Source: Atractiella rhizophila (lineage: Eukaryota). Taken from it: a DNA stretch of 64,000 nt. The stretch spans positions 62,001 to 126,000 of the forward strand of contig MU271192.1 of NCBI GenBank assembly GCA_021432655.1, read 5' to 3'. How positions within the stretch are numbered: position 1 is the first letter of the stretch; each line of letters opens with the position of its first letter. Under the pieces are notes generated by a model that did no database searches, was not told the origin of the DNA, and saw only the letters and a program-made list of their open reading frames with translations. Of this stretch, positions 1 to 12,674 are shown one piece after another. A program made the translations under genes and the position numbers.

Positions 1-1655
1 AGAATGCCAGTCTGGGAGGTGTACTGCCAAGCTGATAACCACAGGACAATGTTGGTGTAAAGTAAAATGGAAAATCCTGTAACATGCTGTAAATTGTATC
101 AAATAAGCCCTAACATCATCTTAGGAGTAGTTCTTAACGCTTACCTTCAGAAGATCCAATGAATCTAGCATACAAGTACTCTTGAATCTCATCCACCACC
201 CTAACATCACCTTGGGTGCTATGAAGGACAGCTTGTGCCCGATCATTTTCTTTGTAGATGTATTTGAACAGGTATTTGACTGATTTGATGGAGATGCAGA
301 GTTCCACATTGATATGAGCTGTAAACCGCTGAAGGACATAAGCATCAAACGGCACGACCCATCGATTGTCGTAAATAAATCCATTCCGTGATTTCTGAAA
401 GGTACGTCCATTGTTATGGCGACAGTAGGTGGGATAGCTATCTTCCTTGATGCCTGCTTCTTCTATGAATGGCTTTGGAAACCCTTTGCCACAGATTTTT
501 CTTCCAGGATTTTTAGAATCATCTATCATGCATGGAGCATCTGGGTTGATATCTCTAGAGGGTCCATGAAGCATATGATTGCAGAGAATCTCAAACAATT
601 CAGGGTCCGAATCCTTATCAGGCAATTTGGCAGACACTATGCAGTCAATCGCCTCGACATTCCTGATGGTATCTTCAGGATTGATGCTGATGAGGATGTG
701 AGCATGAGGAAGACCACATTTCTGAAATTCAATCACCCAGACGAAATCGACTGACCGTCCAAAGATTGAGTTATCCTTGATGTCCTGCATGTAAGCCTTC
801 ACCTTTTCATTGAAAACTCTAGGGACCAAGTCTGGTCGATCGGCAGCTGTTTGCCTAGGAAGTAGTGCTTCTGTAATTTCTGGCCACCGTGGATTGCAAG
901 TGAAAGTTGTGAAGATAGCAGGTGAACTTGGGTTTGTGACAATCACCATAGCATCTTGGAATTTCTGGTTCTTTTGGCGTGGACTTCCCTTGTGTGATGA
1001 TGGTAGAATGGTCCGCTTCCCAACATCTGCAGCATCTCGATCATCTTCTAATGCATCACCCAGCCCAGCATAAGGCTGGGTTCAGAGAAGTTCTTGATTG
1101 TACCTCAGGAACCTGAATCGTCCACTTTCTACAAACCAATTCTTGAAACAGCCGGCCACCATGGTGAATTAGAGAGAATGTGTCCTTCTTTAGGTGAAGC
1201 AGGTAAGAGTAATAGTTCATCTGAGTAACATGTTTCTGTTCCCCCATATTACCAACTATTCGTCCTTCATCGTTTCGATATTCCTCTCGTGGACCCTGTG
1301 GAAGCAGATCTCCACGACTGAGGGGAATATATGCGTGCCAACCTTGCTCGCCGTAGGGGAACAAAAGTGGGAAGCGTAGAGGAAGATAGTTGGCATTCTG
1401 ATCAGTAACTCTCTCAAAGAAATTCTGACCATCGAAGTTTAACTACAATGTCCCTTATGATACCTGCGGTAGCTCCTGACTGTCCGCCAATGAGAAGCAC
1501 TGCAATTTATCCTATGCCATGACCTGTTGGCCTATTGTATCATGGAGGTCCTGATCAGTAGGATTAATAGTTCGAAGGTGGAGGTTCAAAATCGAATTAT
1601 CTTCCATCAGCTCTCTTCATTTTATAAATTTCTGGCCAGGGATACCCACCACATT
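1..1655 (-). mobile_element. Helitron Rep/helicase remnant (degraded, runs off window start)
   Basis: ORF 134-949 has TFTCNPRWPEI, DRPDLVPRVF and VIEFQKCGLPHAHILI (HUH Rep motif) plus DNRWVVP and HINVE; ORF 1056-1364 has FPYGEQGWH. Broken by frameshifts/stops. Confidence 0.9.
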
Positions 1656-1677
1656 TTCTTGTGCTGTACAACAGTCC

Positions 1678-3588
1678 ATGCATCGAGATCCTTGGACAGG
1701 AGTTCACATGCCTAGATTCTCAGAGTCTCCAGATCCACTCCAGATCCGCCCAACGACACCAGATCAACCACCTCCAGCAACTTCGACACCTCCCCCTGTC
1801 ACCAGGCCTTCAAAAATTTATTCTACGAGTAGAGGACGACCTGTCGACAGATTTAGGACCCCAGAAGCACCTCAAAACAACGACGAAGGGTCAACAGATG
1901 AGCTTGGGATGTTGGTAAAGGAATGTGACATCCTCACTGAGCCAGAGACGATGGAATATGGCTATATGCTTGTCACAGAGCATGCCATGAATGCAGCAAC
2001 TGGAGTAGAGGTCCCTCAGTCATATTCAAGAGCGATGGCAAGCCCTAATGCGAAGGAATGGCATGAAGCCACAGTAAAGGAGATTCAATCTCACTTGGAC
2101 AACAAGAGTTGGATTCTGGTGAAGCCGCCTAAAGGAGCAAAAATCGTTGGTTCTCGATGGGTGTTTGCGGTTAAGAAGAAGTCAGATGGTTCTATTGAGC
2201 GCTTCAAGGCCAGATTCGTCATCAAGGGGTTCTCTCAACGCCCTGGATTCCACTACTTTGACACTTTCGCATCGACGGTCAAATGGGCGACACTTAGGAC
2301 AATCCTTTCGCTCGCTTGTGTCTTGAACATGGAGTTGGAGTCAGTGGATATCTCTACGGCATTCCTCAACGGCGATATGGATGCAGAGGTCTATGCACAA
2401 CAACCAGAAGGACATCCACAGGGTCCTCCAGAGTACGTTCTCAAGCTAATCAAGGCCATCTATGGCACAAGGCAAGGAGGACGTCAATGGCAGAAGAAAC
2501 TCGATAAGGAACTCGTCGATATGGGATTTAAGAAGATCAAGAGCGACTCTAGTCTGTGGATTTACTCGAAGGGGGACATCAAAGTACTTGTCCCAGTCTT
2601 TGTGGACGATATTACGATCGCTAGCACATCAAAGGGTGCTGTAGAGGACTTCAAGAGGGAGTTGGGGAAGCGATTCAAACTCAGAGATCTTGGACCAACG
2701 GAATTCCTACTTGGGGTTCGTATTAGGAGGGATAGAACGCGAAGAATGATGTGGTTGGATCAAGAACAGTATGTTAAGGACCTCCTAGAATGCCAACAGA
2801 TGGACGACTGCAACCCTGTCCTCACTCCTCTCAACGTTGAACACGGTCTCAGCAAGCAGGACTGCCCTCATACAAAGGAAGAACAAGAAGAAATGCGCAC
2901 CATCCCTTATAGCAACGTTGTTGGCTCCATGATGTACTTGGCCATCTCCACTCGTCCAGATATCGCTCATGCAGTCTCTGTCCTCGGAAAGTACCTCTCT
3001 AACCCAGGAAAGAAGCACTGGGAAGCGGCCAAGCATCTTCTACGATACCTCAAAGGAACTCAGAACTTAGGAATTGAGTATTCTGCAGCTGGTTTTGACC
3101 TCAAGCAACCTTTTCACGCCTTCTGCGATGCAGATTTTGCTGGGTGCAAGGATACTGGACGTTCTACGGGAGGCTATCTCCTCAAGATAGGCAACGGAGC
3201 AGTCAGTTGGAGCAGCAAACTGCAAACCCTCGTTGCCCTTTCTACTACCAAAGCAGAATATGTCTCAGGAGTCTCAGCAGGTCAAGAAGCTGTCTGGCTA
3301 AGGAATCTTTTAGAAGAGATTGGCTTCACTCCCCAAGGTCCTACTCCCCTCGTCACAGACAGCAGCAGCGCTCTCCAGGTATCCAAGAACCCTGAGCACC
3401 ATGGTCGAATGAAACACCTGGACCTTCGCTTTTATTGGCTCAGAGATGTTGTTGAGATGGGCAAGATCAGTCCAGTCTTCTGTCCAGAGGCCAACATGCC
3501 AGCAGACCTCCTCACCAAGGCACTTCCAGTCGCCAGCGTGGACAAGTTTCGAGTTATGATGGGTTTGCGCCCCTACCCAAGTGTCTGA
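1678..3588 (+). CDS. Copia reverse transcriptase + RNase H (partial pol)
   Basis: RVT_2 and copia RNase HI motifs in an uninterrupted ORF. Confidence 0.9.
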   Translation: MHRDPWTGVHMPRFSESPDPLQIRPTTPDQPPPATSTPPPVTRPSKIYSTSRGRPVDRFRTPEAPQNNDEGSTDELGMLVKECDILTEPETMEYGYMLVTEHAMNAATGVEVPQSYSRAMASPNAKEWHEATVKEIQSHLDNKSWILVKPPKGAKIVGSRWVFAVKKKSDGSIERFKARFVIKGFSQRPGFHYFDTFASTVKWATLRTILSLACVLNMELESVDISTAFLNGDMDAEVYAQQPEGHPQGPPEYVLKLIKAIYGTRQGGRQWQKKLDKELVDMGFKKIKSDSSLWIYSKGDIKVLVPVFVDDITIASTSKGAVEDFKRELGKRFKLRDLGPTEFLLGVRIRRDRTRRMMWLDQEQYVKDLLECQQMDDCNPVLTPLNVEHGLSKQDCPHTKEEQEEMRTIPYSNVVGSMMYLAISTRPDIAHAVSVLGKYLSNPGKKHWEAAKHLLRYLKGTQNLGIEYSAAGFDLKQPFHAFCDADFAGCKDTGRSTGGYLLKIGNGAVSWSSKLQTLVALSTTKAEYVSGVSAGQEAVWLRNLLEEIGFTPQGPTPLVTDSSSALQVSKNPEHHGRMKHLDLRFYWLRDVVEMGKISPVFCPEANMPADLLTKALPVASVDKFRVMMGLRPYPSV

Positions 3589-3791
3589 GGCAGTTATGGG
3601 GCGCAATAAAATTCCTTTTCTCCTCTGTGGGGTTATAAGACGCCGCTTTAAGCGGTACGAGGACTTTTCCCCTTCTTTTCATTGCAAAACTAATATGCTT
3701 TCTGCTTTATATCGAGTATACGTTGTATGAATTCGGTGGGAGATTCTCTGGATTTGGTGGGAGCATCAAGAGACAGCTGCCCAGGTGGGAG

Positions 3792-4047
3792 TGTTAGTTG
3801 TAGGGTGTTGTTTTGGTCATCTGCCTCTTATGACTCTTATGACTCATATGAGTCATCACTATGTAGTTTAGTTCTGCCTAGGAGTGTTGGTGCTCATTAT
3901 TGACCACAAACCACTCCTAGGTATGTCTCTCTATACTTCTCTAATGAGCTTATTATTGACCACCAACCACTCCTAGGTATGTCTCTCTATACTTCTCTAA
4001 TGTGCTTATTATTGACCACCAACCACTCCTAGCCTTAGATCCTTACA
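3792..4047 (+). repeat. Copia family-A 3' LTR (256 bp, three copies of a motif spaced 56 bp apart)
   Basis: TGTTAG...CCTTACA termini; matches copies at 4639, 5693 and 7812. Confidence 0.9.
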
Positions 4048-4638
4048 CTAAGATCCACTGATGTGATGGAGAAAGGGTGATAGGGGCTGATGTGATGATG
4101 ATGTGATGGTGGCAAATTTCGAAATTTTGACTCTTCTGATCAAGGTGATCTGTTGTAGGATAGTAGAATAGCCTATTGTGAATGCAATGGCGATAAAATC
4201 GTCCAGATCAGACCAGATTTGATTTCAAAAAGTCGAAAAATGCGTTTTGGGGGTATGAAGGAGGTGATGGAGTGGCTATCTCGAAATTTCGCTTATTGTG
4301 ACCAAAATGGTTCCTAGTAAAGTTGTAGCGCAGTGTTTCACGATCAAAATAAGCCCTATAACGTCCAAATTCGTCAAAGTTTGAGTGCAGGGTGGCAAAG
4401 TGCGTTTTGAGGCAGGAGATGGGTGGTAAGGAGATAGATTACAATTTTTCTTGATTTCTGAGTAGGCAGAAACCTTCTAAGGTGGTAAAGGAATGTCTGA
4501 GGATCACAAATCTGTCTTGATCATCGAAATTGAGCAAAATTTGAGTGTAGGAGGGGTGAAAATGTGGTCTGGAGGAGGGGGAAGGTGATGGGTGTGGCAA
4601 AGTGTAGTCCTCCCCACCAGCTCTTGCTCTCACTACTA

Positions 4639-4764
4639 TGTAAGGATCTAAGGCTAGGAGTAGTTGGTGGTCAATAATGAGCCCTAGGCAAAACTAAACT
4701 ACATAGTGATGACTCATAAGAGTCATACGAGGCAGATGACCAACACAACACACTACAACTAACA
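4639..4764 (-). repeat. Copia family-A LTR, short variant (126 bp)
   Basis: Reverse complement of the 3792 LTR with only one internal motif copy; no TSD seen. Confidence 0.85.
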
Positions 4765-5100
4765 GGAGGGTGTTGAGAGCAGTGAAACGAGTGGAGGAGC
4801 CCTTCTGTTGGTGTATGTCTTGAAGGGTGGACCAGATCTTGACTGGATCTTGAAGAACAGAGACCACATGGGCTTTCTGGGTCGTTTCCAGGCTAAGGGA
4901 CAGGATCTCAGCCGCTTTGGAGCTGTCCTTTTGCCACTGCTTTTGCTCCTTCAACTCTTCTGGCTTTGTCTCTGGAATAGAGACAATCTCCATAACCCCT
5001 TTCGCATCAATCCCACCTGCATGTCAATGCACCAGGTGCCACAGTTCTTCTCTCTAAGAACGGTGATCAAAATTTTACTTTCTTTGGCCATAACAAAATT
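4765..5100 (-). mobile_element. Degraded copia gag fragment
   Basis: Frameshifted ORFs LREKNCGTWCIDMQVGLMRKGLW and WQKDSSKAAEILSLSL...DPVKIWSTLQDIHQ resemble copia gag N-terminus (UBN2-like). Confidence 0.7.
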
Positions 5101-5489
5101 TGAGTTTGAATTGTCTGATCTTTGTTGAAATGGGGATAGGGTGTAAGGGCGTCTCATATATGATCCCAATGTTTTGAGCCAATTGGACAACAGATGGCTG
5201 AGTGATCAAATTTTCAATCAAGTGGGTGACAAAACTGATCTGTCAATCCCTAGCCACATCTCTTGCTACCATGAGAGAATCTGATGCTGGATGGAGCTAG
5301 GGGACAGGAATTAGTGGTCAAAGATGATAACATTGATAGGGAAACACATACCTGGGGGACATGAATTGGTAGTCAAAGATGAAGACTGTCTAAACAACCC
5401 CCCTAGGGGGCTAAACCTACGATGTGAGCAAATACAACAAAGGTGGTGGACCACACAACACAAGACCATGAAATATAATACCTAATCCA

Positions 5490-5885
5490 ACACTTCCAGT
5501 AGCTAAGGTGAATAAGTTTCAACTTATAATGGGTTTACACCCTACCCAAGTGTTTGAGAAAAATCCTTTCCTCTGTGGGGTCATAAGATGCTGCTTTATG
5601 CTTTCTGATATATTGAGTATATATTGTATGAATTTGGTGGGAGATTCTCTGGATTTAGTGGGAGCGTCAAGGGACGGCTGCCCAGGTGGGAGTATTAGTT
5701 GTAGTGTGTTGTGTTGGTCATGTGCCTTTTATGACTCCTATGAGTCATCATTATGTCTGTAGTTTTGTTCTGCCTAGGCGTGTCAGTGCTCATCATTGAC
5801 CAACAACTACTTCTAGGTATGTCTCTCTGTGTACTCTAATGTCCCATTATTAACCATCAACTACTCCTAGCCTTAGATCCTTACA
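5490..5885 (+). mobile_element. Degenerate 3' end plus LTR (5693-5885) of a family-A copia copy
   Basis: Aligns by eye to 3530-4047 with many transitions and deletions. Confidence 0.88.
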
Positions 5886-7811
5886 GCACTTCCTTTAGTT
5901 AGTGGTCTTGTAGTGTCGACATAGGGGTCAGTGTTTAAATGCCATAATCTTGGCCAATAACACTACTCGAACACCATCCAACAACATCAAATCCATGCCA
6001 CCTGAGCTCGTTAACAATATTGGATAGTGGTAAAATAGTGTTAGGATTCACTATCTTGTTTAATGGTCTTTGGATGGGGTATTTATGCTATTCTTGTTTC
6101 GTTCCGCTTTTATCCATTTAGCATTCTCTAAGTTGGAGTTTTCTTCAGGTTGTGTTTGTTTTAGATCAAATAGTGTTTTCATCTAGAAAGTATTTATATT
6201 ACAGCATATTGATATTTCTACTGCCTCCTCATTCCTCTCCATCCACTTGTCATCAGTAAGGACAACATAAGCTCTCCTCCAAGTTCCACTCTCCCACTCC
6301 CCCTCACATGGAAACTTCACAAAAGTCAAATAGACAAAGTGTCTTGAAGGTTCCTATCATTGGCTTGGAGAACCTCTCGCTGGGTGAAAAGTGGTTAAAG
6401 GTACAGCCAACCTGTGGGGGGTGTAGGATAGGCTAAATTGCATTAAGGACGAGCATGTCATAGTAAGAGGCACTTGCTGGGAGAGGAAGACAATTGGCAG
6501 GGTCCAAGTCACTAGTCTTTCCTTCTTTCAGCAATTCCTTGGGATGCAGCTCCTATAAGACAAATTGAGGCGAAAGGGGTAATCAGTGTAGTGCTGCAGT
6601 GCTAGAAATGAGGAAACACATTAACCTATGGACCCAAACAAATTGTTAGCTCTACTTACTGAAAAGGAAGAAAAGAAAAAATAGAACTTGTCTGACTGGC
6701 TAAGGAGCAGCTACTTACCTTTGCTGGTGATTGGAAGAGCCACGGTATTATTGGATTTCCTAGTTGTATCCCCCCATCCATCCAATTACTGTGAAAAAAC
6801 AAACCAGCTTTCTAACTTGGTATGACCATCAGGTTGATTCAAACCCACCCTATCCCATATATACCCATCAGGAGAGGATGACATCCAAATTTGGGATCAA
6901 AATACCACATTTTAATGAAATTGATGTGTGTACAAAGTTGTGTGAATGAGACCATAAGACTATGAAACATACAAAAGAGCATGTTTCTAACTTGTTGCCA
7001 TCCCAATTAGTCAATAGGTGTATCTGAGTCTGTGTGAGGAGTTTGACGTGTTGGTTATGAACTTGAGGAGTGAAATTATTGACTTAGTTGTTCATTTTGG
7101 ACATGGTGGTCAGATGTGGGGGCGGTCAGACCTCTGACATACCTGGAAAATCATTTTCAGCCCTTTCTAACTGTGGTTCATGTTCTGGCCACGGGCCAGA
7201 CATATTTTTGCTTTCACCAACAGCTTTTTATATTTGTTTTCTGTTTTCAATTCCATACTTAAGATTTCAATTTTTGACTCATTATTTTCCTGTTATGGCC
7301 GCACTCTATAAGGCTATCAAGTAGGGAGGCTGCCAAGTAGAATAGATACCTAGGCATTATTACAGCGACACAAGAGAGATACTAACCTGCCAAGTCAAGT
7401 GATCCCAACAGAACCAAACTAATCTGGATATCTTACTCCATTGGCAGGGGTATTTATACACAGACAGAGCCACAAGTTCCAGAACCATTAATTCTATTTG
7501 CCACATGCCTGATTGAACCTTCTAGACATATTCAGGAATGTGAGTCATGCTCCTAAGCGAACCCTGACATTTCCTCAGCACTATCCTATCACCAGGCAAA
7601 TACTAAACCCTGAGCCCACCCTATCTGAGCAGCACAACCACCAGTGAAACACTATCCCCCACTATTGCTTTTTTCCCAGGGCCTTATGTTTGAGGCAGTA
7701 TCCCTTGATACTTCAATCTCAAAATCTGTTGTTAATCACTTTAACAATAATTCTACTACCATGAATTTCATGTTGAAGCTATTGAAGCTCAGAGCAGTAT
7801 AATATGCCACC

Positions 7812-8011
7812 TGTTACTTGTAGTGTGTTGTTTTGGTCATCTGCCTCTTATGACTCTTATGACTCGTATGAGTCATCACTATGTAGTTTAGTTCTGCCTA
7901 GGAGTGTTGGTGCTCATTATTGACCACCAACCACTCCTAGGTATGTCTCTCTATACTTCTCTAATGTGCTTATTATTGACCACCAACCACTCCTAGCCTT
8001 AGATCCTTACA
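7812..8011 (+). repeat. Solo LTR, family A (200 bp), with 5-bp TSD CCACC
   Basis: TGTTAC...CCTTACA flanked by CCACC at 7807-7811 and 8012-8016. Confidence 0.93.
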
Positions 8012-8409
8012 CCACCAGGACTTGTTCTCTCAACATGTATTATCTCAATACTGACATGGTGGATAGCCATTGATAGAATGCTCACCACATGTGCATTGCC
8101 AATGTCCTCTATCTACAACCCTATAATGACAATGCCATTACCCATAAGAAGTACAAGACCTAGGACCTCACATAGTTGGGGTGATTGGAGGAGGACTAGG
8201 CCATCTGTGAAGGTCCTGAGACTTTAGGTATCTTGTCTCTATTGATCACAATCACTGAGCCAATATTACTATCCAATGCAGCCCTTTTACAAAACAGCCC
8301 TTGTCATCTCCCAGAAAGGAATCCACCTAGCCTCCCTGGTTAGTCTGGTGATGGACAAGCAAGAAATGATGTCTGGTCAAATGCCATAAATGTTGCATGT
8401 TGTGTGTTG

Positions 8410-10284
8410 TGATGAAATTACAAGTTCATAGTATTACGATAAAGAATCTAGTGCTTTTATATCTTTACAGTAGGTGGCAAACATTGGTAAGCATGGAAGT
8501 CCAGAAGGTTCAAGAAAACAGCCACAGAACAGGTGGCAATGAATGACGCTCAACGTGCCAAAATCCTGACAAACTCCACCTTGAGCAAATGAATGCCACA
8601 AAAGAAATAAAAGAAACACATCTAAGAAAAGGAAGAATGAGAATGAAGCTCCCCCTCACTCCCCCTTATTCCAGTAATTCTCCAATCTCACTAATCTCCA
8701 CGATGTTAGGGCTGACACTATGTGCGGTCGCCGATAGGCGATGCGTCTGTAGTGGAGGTAAACCTAAGTGAATAGTATGGCATGAGGAGACTAACCTGTA
8801 GTGGAGGTAAACCTAAGAGAATACTCTGAGGTCACCACCACTACATCTCGATGTATATATACATATGTAAAAGCACTGCCATAAACTGTATCATAAGTTT
8901 CTTGAAACATGTAAAATATCTAGATCAGGAAGGCAATAAAAGGAAAACTCGGAAATAAGACATACTGAGCAGTACAAGTGAGAGAGGACAATAAAGCAAT
9001 AATGGAGACGGTGCAGACCGGCGAAATGTTTAAGGTTTGCTGAGCGGCGATTTGTGTGAGACAGGGTAAGGCGGCGATCAGCGAGAACGTGAGCAAAGCG
9101 GCGATGGGCAGGCGCGTGGTCCTATGGCATGGTAAAGTAGGTCACGTGACTTCAGATGGTGCATTTCGGTAATGCGTAGGGGCAAGCCTGACACACAACC
9201 GTTGAAGGATCAGGCCACCTTCCAAGCTGCTGCGCTTCTGTGGTTGATTCCCGGCCGCCACGCGCACAACTTCAACGGGTCCTTATTTTCTCAAAAGGCC
9301 GCAGAAATGGTGAATGAGGACGTTGCCTCCCTTGGCGCAGCCTTCTCTGGACAATCACGCGCTAAATGTCCAGAGTTTCCACAGACGTAGCAATGAATTG
9401 ATCGTGTAGAATTTGAGTTATCGCGGGGTTTGAACCTTCTGCTTGTTGTGATCAACGCTTCCCCAGTTTCCTCCTTTACTCCTCTTCTCCCCTCCTCATT
9501 CCTGACAGCTCCAATGACGTCTTGAATGGTCAACTCTTCTTTAGTTGCCATCAAAGTCCCGGCTAAGCTCCCCCAATCCTCCGCGAGGTTGAAAATGAGA
9601 ACGTCTGTTATATCGGTATCTTCTAGTTTAAGCCCGATCGATTTGAGATTAGAAGCACTGGAGGAAACTTCTTGAATGTAAGCTTCAACCGGTTTTGTGG
9701 AATCGTGCTTGGCGTTGTAGAACCGACGTTTCAGCATGATTCTGTTTGCTCAGCTGTTCTTCTCATATTTCTCCTTCAAAGCCTTCCATGCGGCCGCTCC
9801 AGCTGTGCAATCTCGGATGTAATTGTATTGGGATGGATCGACACTCAATCCGATGATGGTGAGTCCCAATTCATTACTTTCTTTCCAAGTCCTCAGTTTC
9901 TTATCCTCTGGCAAAGGCTCCTCCACCACTCCACTCACTTCATCCCAGCAACTCCCTCTCTTCAGGACCAAAGTAACAGCAAATTTCCAGTCGTTGTAGT
10001 TGCTCTCTGTAAGCTTGGGGACCGACTGAATTAGTGTGTTGAGATTTGAGGTGGACATTGCGAAGTGGGCTTGGCTGCAGGTGTGGGTGCTTGAAGATAG
10101 AACACTGCTCTTACTATCAATTGATGAAATTACAAGTTCATAGTATTACGATAAAGAATCTAGTGCTTTTATATCTTCACAGTAGGTGGCAAACATTGGT
10201 AAGCATGGAAGTCCAGAAGGTTCAAGAAAAACAGCCACAGAACAGGTGGCAACGAATGACACTCAACGTGCCAAAACCCTGACA
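8410..10284 (-). mobile_element. Complete non-autonomous gag-only LTR retrotransposon (family B)
   Basis: Near-identical LTRs at 8410-8571 and 10122-10284 (TG...CA); TSD TGTTG at 8405-8409 and 10285-10289; PPT-like AAGGTGGAG beside the 3' LTR; only gag recognised inside. Confidence 0.92.
9291..10058 (-). pseudogene. Copia-type gag with CCHC zinc knuckle and one in-frame stop
   Basis: KLTESNYNDWK...AWKALKEKYE and CYVCGNSGHLARDC; TGA at 9750-9752 separates two same-frame ORFs. Confidence 0.85.
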
Positions 10285-10537
10285 TGTTGTGCAGCCTTAG
10301 GCGGGATGAAAATCCTCAACAAGTGTCATTCGCTCACTGATGACTCGCCGTTCTACCACATGGTCTGTGTATGTCAGCCATCTCCTTTACTGGTTGTTTT
10401 TCTTTTCTCAGCGACCGTCTCGGACAGTGCACGTGCGCAAAAGCTGCGATCAAAATGTAGGGTTAGGGGTGATCTCCACAAATCCGCGCTTCAAAGTCCA
10501 CCATCGATCTGATCAAGAGCCAGGAGGACCAGCCAAG

Positions 10538-12507
<1,970 letters not shown>

Positions 12508-12674
12508 TGTGCACTGTACCATCCTTAGCGTCCGAGCAATGTAACGAGATCAGGTGACACAAGTAGCTAAATATTTGATGATGCAATGTTTATGGCCAAT
12601 GGAGTCTTATTACGGCATGAGTACTCCACGACTAAACAACACCGCAGGCATTTGAACATTTCGAAAGTGTCTGA

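Larger units (their letters stand above)
1660..4047 (+). mobile_element. 5'-truncated Ty1/copia retrotransposon (RT-RNase H, PPT, 3' LTR)
   Basis: Open 636-aa ORF 1678-3588 with SRWVF/KARFV, DISTAFLNG, YGTRQ, VFVDD, DADFA, KHLDLRFYW and ADLLTKAL. Purine tract AGGTGGGAG precedes the LTR at 3792. No gag, integrase or 5' LTR upstream. Confidence 0.95.
8020..10375 (+). pseudogene. Degraded hAT-like transposase remnant interrupted by the 8410-10284 LTR element
   Basis: ACATGGTGGATAGC near 8054 resembles a mutated TRWNS motif. After the insertion the frame reads AALGGMKILNKCHSLTDDSPFY, like the hAT 'LNKYY..TD.SP.Y' segment. Confidence 0.4.

Noticed and set aside
3895..4035. Regularly spaced ~23-bp repeats resembling a CRISPR array
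   Set aside because: The spacers are near-identical and lie inside a eukaryotic LTR; no cas genes.
4048..4638. Non-coding stretch with repeated GATGTGATG and GAAATTTCG-like motifs
   Set aside because: Probably TE-derived, but I could not define termini, a TSD or coding similarity.
7316..7569. Possible third-family solo LTR ending CCCTGACA
   Set aside because: No second copy in the window, no clear 5' TG terminus and no TSD.
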